This document shows, one piece after another, positions 8,460-14,322 of a DNA stretch of 14,322 nt (position 1 is its first letter; every line of letters starts with the position of its first letter). Origin of the DNA: Chlamydiales bacterium (GTDB lineage: Bacteria; Chlamydiota; Chlamydiia; Chlamydiales; JBDQID01); NCBI GenBank assembly GCA_047611865.1, contig JBLFWS010000082.1:1-14322 (forward strand). Direction: 5' to 3'. The position numbers were made by a program, and so were the translations under genes. A model generated the notes under the pieces. It was not told the DNA's origin, did no database searches, and worked only from the letters and a program-made list of their open reading frames with translations.

Positions 8460-10427
8460 ATGACCATAAAAAAACAGGATCCAAAACAAGAAAAAAAGAA
8501 TCAAGCACAAGGACCCGCCATGCATGAAACAAAAACTGAAAATGTAGAAGAGCAGGATGATAGTGCTTTACTGACGAAGGGAGCCAACGAAGGCACAAGG
8601 CAAGCTATGGAAATGGCTGAATCAGCTCGTCAGAAAAAGTTTGATAATCCTAGCTTTTGCCGCCAACTATTTATGGGAGACTTTGACCCCTCACTACTTT
8701 ATCCATTTCCTCAGCAAAGTGAAGAGGACAAAAAAGTAGGTGATGAGATGGTGGAAAAAGTCAGAGTGTTCCTTGAAGAAAACCTGGATCCCGACGAAGT
8801 CGATGCCACTCGCACTATACCCCAAAAAGCCATTGATGGAATGGCTGAACTTGGTCTCTTTGCGATGAAGGTGCCTAAAAAATATAATGGTTTAGGCTTT
8901 TCTCAAGTAAACTACAATCGAGTCTTACAGCTAGTATCTACCTATTGTGGCTCTACGGCCACACTCTTGTCAGCCCATCAGTCCATCGGGGTTCCAAATC
9001 CATTGAACCTTTTCGGTACTGAAGAGCAAAAACAGAAATTTTTTCCCCGTTTCAGGGAAGGCTCTATCTCAGCTTTTGCTTTGACTGAACCAAACGTCGG
9101 GTCAGATCCTGCACAAATGACTACTACAGCAGAAATCTCAGAAGACGGCTCATACTACACTGTCAATGGACTAAAACTCTGGTGCACAAACGGTACACTG
9201 GCTGACATCATCGTCGTAATGACACAGACAGCACCAAAGATCGTTAAAGGTAAGGAAAGAAAACAAGTCTCCGCTTTCATCGTAGAGATGAATGCCCCGG
9301 GAATTGAAATAGTTCATCGCTGTGACTTTATGGGGCTCAATGCAATTGGAAATGCCCTGATTAAATTCACCAATGTCAAAATTCCAGCTGAAAATCTTCT
9401 TTGGGGAGAAGGAAGAGGACTGGCATTAGCCCTTGCTACTCTAAACACAGGACGTCTTACCCTTCCTGCTGCCAGTGGAGGTTGTGCAAAACAATGCCTT
9501 TCCATTGTTCGCAGGTGGAGTAAAGAAAGAGTACAGTGGGGACAGTCCATTGGTCTACATGAAAATGGCAGAGAAAAGATATCCTACATAGCCTCCTCAA
9601 CACTTGCTATAGAAGCTATAACTTGGCTTACCAGCGCATGGGCTGATAGTGGTGACGTAGATATCCGCATTGAAGCTGCTATGGCAAAGTTCTTCTGCAC
9701 AGAAGAACTTTGGACCATCACAGACCTCACAATGCAACTACGAGGTGGCCGAGGCTATGAGAAGTCCTGGTCCCTTAAAGCTAGAGGAGAAGAGGGATTC
9801 CCGGTAGAGAGGATGATGCGTGACTGCCGTATAAATACCATTTTGGAAGGTACGACAGAAATCATGAAGCTATTCCTGGCACGTGAAGCTATGGATCCTC
9901 ACCTGAAATATGTACTCGATGTTATGAAATCAAAAGGTGGAGAGAAGGTTTCTGCCATTCTAAAACTTTTTGCTTTCTACGCCACCTGGTACCCCAAGCA
10001 GTGGATTTACGGTAGTAAATCTTCACAATACAAGAGTATGGGACCACTAGCAAAACATATGCGTTATGTTGAAAAAAGTGCCCACAAATTGGCGAGAAAC
10101 ATCTTCCTTTACATGGCTCTCTATCAACAAGGACTTGAAAAGAAGCAGCTTATTCTAGGAAGGTTAATGGAAATTGGTACAGACCTTTTTGCCATAACCG
10201 CTACATGCTCTTATGCGACCAAGCTTGCCAACGAAAAAAATGGTGATAAGTCTGTTATCTCTCTAGCTGAATATTTCTGCACGAGAACCCGTCGTCGTAT
10301 CAATGATCGTTTCAAAATGCTAAGCGATAATGATGATAAACCATCCAACGAACTTGCCAAAGATATCCTCAACGGGGATATGAAGTGGATGGAAGAAGGC
10401 ATCATGTGGATAGGTGATAAGGAATAA
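8460..10427 (+). CDS. fadE: Acyl-CoA dehydrogenase, long (VLCAD/ACAD9-like) type
   Basis: 655 aa. AFALTEPNVGSD, NGLKLWCTNG, LNTGR, RVQWG, QLRGGRGY and ERMMRDCRINTILEGT (catalytic Glu), plus an extra C-terminal helical region. Starts 3 nt after the fadJ stop. The gene symbol reflects pathway role, not established orthology. Confidence 0.92.
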   Translation: MTIKKQDPKQEKKNQAQGPAMHETKTENVEEQDDSALLTKGANEGTRQAMEMAESARQKKFDNPSFCRQLFMGDFDPSLLYPFPQQSEEDKKVGDEMVEKVRVFLEENLDPDEVDATRTIPQKAIDGMAELGLFAMKVPKKYNGLGFSQVNYNRVLQLVSTYCGSTATLLSAHQSIGVPNPLNLFGTEEQKQKFFPRFREGSISAFALTEPNVGSDPAQMTTTAEISEDGSYYTVNGLKLWCTNGTLADIIVVMTQTAPKIVKGKERKQVSAFIVEMNAPGIEIVHRCDFMGLNAIGNALIKFTNVKIPAENLLWGEGRGLALALATLNTGRLTLPAASGGCAKQCLSIVRRWSKERVQWGQSIGLHENGREKISYIASSTLAIEAITWLTSAWADSGDVDIRIEAAMAKFFCTEELWTITDLTMQLRGGRGYEKSWSLKARGEEGFPVERMMRDCRINTILEGTTEIMKLFLAREAMDPHLKYVLDVMKSKGGEKVSAILKLFAFYATWYPKQWIYGSKSSQYKSMGPLAKHMRYVEKSAHKLARNIFLYMALYQQGLEKKQLILGRLMEIGTDLFAITATCSYATKLANEKNGDKSVISLAEYFCTRTRRRINDRFKMLSDNDDKPSNELAKDILNGDMKWMEEGIMWIGDKE

Positions 10428-10447
10428 TCACTTTCAAACATGTAATA

Positions 10448-10494
10448 CCCGAACAGTTTTCCCTATTATCCAAAACTGTTCGGGCTTTTCTTTC
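10448..10494 (+). terminator. Intrinsic terminator of the fad operon
   Basis: Perfect 13-bp stem CCCGAACAGTTTT (10448-10460) / AAAACTGTTCGGG (10472-10484), 11-nt loop, followed by CTTTTCTTTC; 20 nt after the ACAD stop. Confidence 0.8.
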
Positions 10495-10540
10495 CCTTCA
10501 AAACAAATCTATCAGCTATCCAAAAACTCTCAAGTTCTTG

Positions 10541-10675
10541 TATACCCGACACAGTTACAAACTTTAAACCCAGCGGGCACCCTATCTTTATGTAAAAGCG
10601 TAGTGAAATTTATGCGCTTTAAGAACCCAAAAAATTCTCCCCACAAATTCAAAGTTTGTAGCCAAGTCCGGTATA
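10541..10675. mobile_element. 135-bp MITE/ERIC-like element with 28-bp imperfect terminal inverted repeats and TA ends
   Basis: Left TATACCCGACACAGTTACAAACTTTAAA (10541-10568) vs reverse complement of 10648-10675 TATACCGGACTTGGCTACAAACTTTGAA: 22/28 without gaps. Internal hairpin AAAGCGTA (10595-10602) / TGCGCTTT (10613-10620). Lies in an intergenic position. Confidence 0.6.
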
Positions 10676-10708
10676 ACGTAGAGATTATTTTGTTACAGGA
10701 GTACTTTA

Positions 10709-11530
10709 ATGACATCTTTCCTTTCAAGTTTATTCACCAACAACGATTCTAGAATAAATAAATTACTATCCAATGCCACTCTCGACACTAATGTCAGTGA
10801 GCCCTCGGAAGCTCAGGTAATCCTCCTTCTTGAAACGAAAAAAAAACGTGCTCACAGAATCTTCCACGCAACTGTAATAGAACATCTCTATAACTTTCGC
10901 AAAGGGGATATTATCCTCCTCCAAGATAGTAGTGAAAAGGCCCCAAAAAGCTTGGACTGTTCTCAAATACGATATGTCACCCCCTCCAATCTTCGGATAG
11001 CTGGTTGGGAGTCAGTAATTGTGAGTCCTTTAAGGGATTCTCTGTTCCGGATCAACGAAAGAACAAAAAGTGCAATACAAGGTATTCTACATACTCATGA
11101 AAGCTTTACTCCAGAGCACAGCCTTGCAAACTTCAGGCATTTATCAGCTGCCTCTGAAACCTTAGGACATAAAGCTCCCTTTTCTACCGAAGAATATGTT
11201 CGCATTGTTTACAACTCTTCGCCTTCAGACAAAAACGTAGAAAAAAAAATTAAGAGACTCTCGTATATGGGGACATTACTCATAAAGAGAAATAAGGAAA
11301 AATATCAAATGCTAACTTTTCCTATACTCCAGGACTCTTTAATTCAGGGCATAAAAAAACAAGCTGACAGAAGAAGAATCTTTGTAATTGCCAACAGTTC
11401 CCATTTCAAACTTACTGAGGCTCCAAATCCTGAATATGTGCAGAAACTACAAGATTACTTAGGAACGACAAAATATCTTGTCCTGGATCCCGAGCGCATT
11501 GATAAAATATGTAGTGAAATGGCTAGATAG
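10709..11530 (+). CDS. Hypothetical protein; possible degenerate EreA/ChaN/TraB(TIKI)-fold protein
   Basis: 273-aa ORF with AGGAG RBS at 10697-10701. Ser/Thr/Asn-rich N-terminus. Motifs VILLLETK, DIILLQD and QDSLIQGI...RIFVIANSSH. The coding call is solid; the family call is tentative. Confidence 0.7.
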   Translation: MTSFLSSLFTNNDSRINKLLSNATLDTNVSEPSEAQVILLLETKKKRAHRIFHATVIEHLYNFRKGDIILLQDSSEKAPKSLDCSQIRYVTPSNLRIAGWESVIVSPLRDSLFRINERTKSAIQGILHTHESFTPEHSLANFRHLSAASETLGHKAPFSTEEYVRIVYNSSPSDKNVEKKIKRLSYMGTLLIKRNKEKYQMLTFPILQDSLIQGIKKQADRRRIFVIANSSHFKLTEAPNPEYVQKLQDYLGTTKYLVLDPERIDKICSEMAR

Positions 11531-11535
11531 CACCT

Positions 11536-11555
11536 TGCCAAGTTTAAGATTGGCA
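11536..11555. terminator. Short hairpin between convergent genes, possible bidirectional terminator
   Basis: TGCCAA (11536-11541) / TTGGCA (11550-11555), 8-nt loop, in the 34-nt gap between two convergent stops. No clear U-tract. Confidence 0.3.
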
Positions 11556-11564
11556 GATCTCTAC

Positions 11565-12260
11565 CTATTTCTTTAAAATGGCCTCTTGCTTTATTCCTTT
11601 GGCGATATCTACTAGTTCAGGATCTTCCTTACTTATTCTCAGGGCATTTTCTGCCTGTATCAACGCTTCATCATAATTCCCTAAAGAAAGATTGCATTCT
11701 GCTGCATATAGGTTAAGACTAGGATTCTCCTTATCTAATTCTAAAGCAAAGTCATATACCTGCTTAGCTTCAGAAATATTCCCTTGAAGTAGCTCTGACA
11801 TACCCAAGCCCATCCAATTCAAAGAAATCGATGGATTCAACAAACAAAGCAACATGTACATAGAGCTTGAAGCCGCAAAGTTTTCTGTATCAATCCCCTC
11901 TCCAGCCACCTGATACAAAAGAAGAAATTCATTTTCAGAAATCGATAAGATCTCCTGAAGAAATTTTTCTTCAGCAAATTTGGGATCTATAGACTGACAA
12001 AGATCAATTTTTTTCAATATAGGGGCTATTTTTTTATGCTTATGGCTTTTTTTAAAATTGTCAATCCCTTCAGAAATTTTATTTGTGAAACCGGAAAAGC
12101 CCTCTTTCAAGTCAAATTCTTTTCTCCTCTTAAAAACTTCATCACTTTCATGCGCTCTCTGCTCGGGAGATCTCTCTTCACATAATTTACTTGCAAAAGT
12201 TTTGATGTTTTCTTTAAAGGTCTTCTCAAAAGGGTGAATACTATCTCTTTTATTTCCCAT
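11565..12260 (-). CDS. TPR protein, SycD/LcrH (class II type III secretion chaperone)-like
   Basis: The C-terminal half LYQVA...LLCLLNP...WMGLG...GNISEAKQVYDFALELDKENPSLNLYAAECNLSLGNYDEA follows the three-TPR SycD/LcrH pattern. Start set at MGNKRD (12260), 4 nt after the upstream stop and with GAGG upstream, rather than 12311. Confidence 0.8.
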   Translation of the reverse strand: MGNKRDSIHPFEKTFKENIKTFASKLCEERSPEQRAHESDEVFKRRKEFDLKEGFSGFTNKISEGIDNFKKSHKHKKIAPILKKIDLCQSIDPKFAEEKFLQEILSISENEFLLLYQVAGEGIDTENFAASSSMYMLLCLLNPSISLNWMGLGMSELLQGNISEAKQVYDFALELDKENPSLNLYAAECNLSLGNYDEALIQAENALRISKEDPELVDIAKGIKQEAILKK

Positions 12261-12264
12261 ATTC

Positions 12265-12774
12265 TTAAGCCTCAGGTCTTGTTTGTAGATCTTCTGCCAC
12301 AAATTCATCACCAGGATCGGGAAAATCGGGCAAAGAAGCCTTAGGGATATTATATCCTAAGCCAAACTCTGAATGAATAGCATTATATATAGCAAAAACT
12401 GCTAATCCGGGTGAAAGAAATCCAAGCCCTATATTTTTAACAACTTCCTTAGCCACATCTTTTCCACTAAAACCACATTTTTTAGCTGTTATAGCAAAAT
12501 AAGCGCTGACACATACACCACCAACGAGCAATGTCCAACCAATTGGCGTAGCGAGAGATGCACCACCAGCTATGGCTCCCAAAGTTAATAGCGCAACTCC
12601 CACTCCAGTTAGAAATGAACTGGCTTTTACTTTGTTCTTCAGCGTTTTAAAGTGTTCTCCTATCCCTTTTCTAACTGCTGGAGGCTCTTCCCTCCCTTCA
12701 GGACCATCTACATATTGACGTTCCAGATTTCTGATATTATCTCGAGCCCCCAGCCCCTCTGTACCACCAGCCAT
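12265..12774 (-). CDS. Hypothetical membrane protein with bilobed hydrophobic domain (Inc/translocator-like)
   Basis: 169 aa from ATG 12774, preceded by a GGAGG RBS (12779-12783). Has a ~44-aa uncharged segment FLTGVGVALLTLGAIAGGASLATPIGWTLLVGGVCVSAYFAITA, a second hydrophobic stretch IGLGFLSPGLAVFAIY, hydrophilic termini and no signal peptide. Confidence 0.75.
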   Translation of the reverse strand: MAGGTEGLGARDNIRNLERQYVDGPEGREEPPAVRKGIGEHFKTLKNKVKASSFLTGVGVALLTLGAIAGGASLATPIGWTLLVGGVCVSAYFAITAKKCGFSGKDVAKEVVKNIGLGFLSPGLAVFAIYNAIHSEFGLGYNIPKASLPDFPDPGDEFVAEDLQTRPEA

Positions 12775-13109
12775 AGTTCCTCCATGTTTCACATTTTTAT
12801 TACTATACATATTACCATCTTCTATATTTATTTTTAGATTTAAATATAACAAGCAAACTAAACATACAATTCACTTTAATGATTAGACGTTTACATCCTA
12901 AGTTATTAATCGATAATAAATATCCATTTTCCTTCCAGACCATTCTTTCTATAAATTCTGACCCTCCACTAATGCGATCCCTATATGTGACGATAATATG
13001 TGCAAGCTGTAGCTTAGAGCACGTGACGTAAAGTGTAAAACCACAAGCGTTTAATAATACGTTACTTACCATACATCTTTTAAAAAATAGCAAGTGTGAG
13101 TTTGACCAT

Positions 13110-14322
13110 ATGACAAGCTATCAACAACACGACTTTCGTAGTTACAAGCCTACTAATTACAATCATATCGATGATGGTAAGGAACGTAGCGGTCACAGCT
13201 CACAATACGAAGATGTTCAGTTTAATTTTAGGATAGCTAACGAAAATGGACCTGCCATGATCTTGAAGTACCAAGTCAATGGCCAGCCTCCCTGTTACTA
13301 CACTATTCACTTCTTACAAGGAGAAAACAACCTCTTAGAAGGAAATTTGGATAGCAAACCAAAAGTTCTACAAATGCTCGCCAAAAAAGCTTCTCATATA
13401 GTTAAAACAATTCGAACTGCAAATAATGGACACTTCGACCATGCAAGTGTCTCAAAAGATGGCGTTGAAACAAGCGGGCCTGAATGGAAGCTTCATAAAG
13501 ATGAAAAATGTGGTTTTTCCAATAAAAATATCTCATACAACGAGAAAGTATCGAATATTTACGAAAAAGTAGAAGGCTCCCTAAGCGAACTCAAGCCACC
13601 TTCCAGGGCTCAAAGTCCAGAGTCTTCTCCTAGAATGGACCAAGCTCATCCTTCCGGTCATACAAATGCTCCTCATACACAGCCGACAGCAGAAAGACAG
13701 CCTCCTCCAGCCAAAATGAGAATCTCATCACAGCTTGATGACACCATAGAAGGAATCGATTCACATGTCGGTCAATTCAGGCACAGGCTAAGAGACCTTG
13801 AAAGTTCTCAGGCCGACTCCGAAGACGAAGAGCGTATCCGCACATTGAAAGAGAGCCTTAGACGCATAGAAGAAAACATAGCGTCTTTGCAAGAATACCG
13901 AAAAAAAGGAGGCCCCCTTGGAGATCTACCTACAAGTCCTTCAGAGGGCAGTAGCACCGAATCAGAGGTAATACGCAGTCAGGAAAAATTAATCGCAGAT
14001 CTAAGTGCAAGGTTAGCTGAAGCAATGGCAGGAAAATCCGGAAGAAGAAACGTCGCTGAAGATGACTTATCTCCCAGATCCCCCACCAGCATCGTACCGC
14101 CAGTTTCCACAGAAATACCCATAGATGAAGGCGCCGATGATGCCAGAATAAGACAGCGAAAATTAGATGAACTCAATGCTAAAATTAGGCGATCTGAAGA
14201 AGCATCCCCTACTGCAGGCGGAGAAACAGTAGAAGAATTACGGCAAGAACTAGAAGATTTCGGAAGGGAAATTTCAGAAAACGAAGCCCATATCGATCCA
14301 TCACAATTTGCAGAAATAAAAA
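13110..14322 (+). CDS. Hypothetical protein with coiled coils and Ser/Pro-rich linkers; 3' end runs off the window
   Basis: Open frame of 404 codons from ATG 13110 to the window end: MTSYQQHDFRSYKPTNYNH...PSRAQSPESSPRMDQAHP...RIRTLKESLRRIEENIASLQEY...LSPRSPTSIVPP...VEELRQELEDFGREISENEAHIDPSQFAEIK. Not in the ORF track because it has no stop in the window. Confidence 0.85.
   Translation, partial: MTSYQQHDFRSYKPTNYNHIDDGKERSGHSSQYEDVQFNFRIANENGPAMILKYQVNGQPPCYYTIHFLQGENNLLEGNLDSKPKVLQMLAKKASHIVKTIRTANNGHFDHASVSKDGVETSGPEWKLHKDEKCGFSNKNISYNEKVSNIYEKVEGSLSELKPPSRAQSPESSPRMDQAHPSGHTNAPHTQPTAERQPPPAKMRISSQLDDTIEGIDSHVGQFRHRLRDLESSQADSEDEERIRTLKESLRRIEENIASLQEYRKKGGPLGDLPTSPSEGSSTESEVIRSQEKLIADLSARLAEAMAGKSGRRNVAEDDLSPRSPTSIVPPVSTEIPIDEGADDARIRQRKLDELNAKIRRSEEASPTAGGETVEELRQELEDFGREISENEAHIDPSQFAEIK

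Noticed and set aside
3439..10441. Many 69-117 aa minus-strand ORFs over the fad operon
   Set aside because: Antisense shadows of strongly conserved + strand genes, with no recognisable motifs.
10414..10752. 112-aa (+) and 65-aa (-) ORFs in the intergenic region
   Set aside because: They cross the terminator and/or the MITE-like element and overlap real genes; composition is not protein-like.
12812..13093. 93-aa minus-strand ORF and the 12852 start extension
   Set aside because: AT-rich divergent promoter region with no convincing RBS or motifs. The GGAGG-preceded ATG at 12774 is the better start.
13979..14176. 65-aa minus-strand ORF
   Set aside because: Antisense to the long open + strand frame starting at 13110.

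Overview
AT-rich bacterial chromosomal window. It is probably from an environmental Chlamydiota-like intracellular bacterium; this is inferred from an SycD/LcrH-type TPR chaperone, an Inc-like hydrophobic hairpin protein and orphan effector-like ORFs. Left to right: (i) a 3'-partial YyaL/SPATA20-family thioredoxin-domain gene (- strand, absent from the ORF track); (ii) a decayed ~1.1 kb patch with a GxxExxY (PD-(D/E)XK) nuclease pseudogene closely bracketed by ~60-bp inverted repeats that carry periodic (T)GAG units and a central palindrome, plus an aquaporin pseudogene with three frameshifts and a deletion of the first NPA segment; (iii) an intact, translationally coupled beta-oxidation operon (acyl-CoA ligase, thiolase, FadJ-type multifunctional enzyme, VLCAD/ACAD9-like dehydrogenase) ending in a 13-bp-stem terminator; (iv) a 135-bp TA-bounded ERIC/MITE-like element; (v) a probable secretion-related cluster: an orphan with degenerate EreA/ChaN/TIKI-like motifs, a hydrophobic-hairpin protein followed by the SycD-like chaperone, and a divergent 3'-partial coiled-coil/Ser-Pro-rich orphan. 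The best candidate for an undescribed system is the inverted-repeat-flanked GxxExxY cassette. All calls were made by eye; no searches were run.
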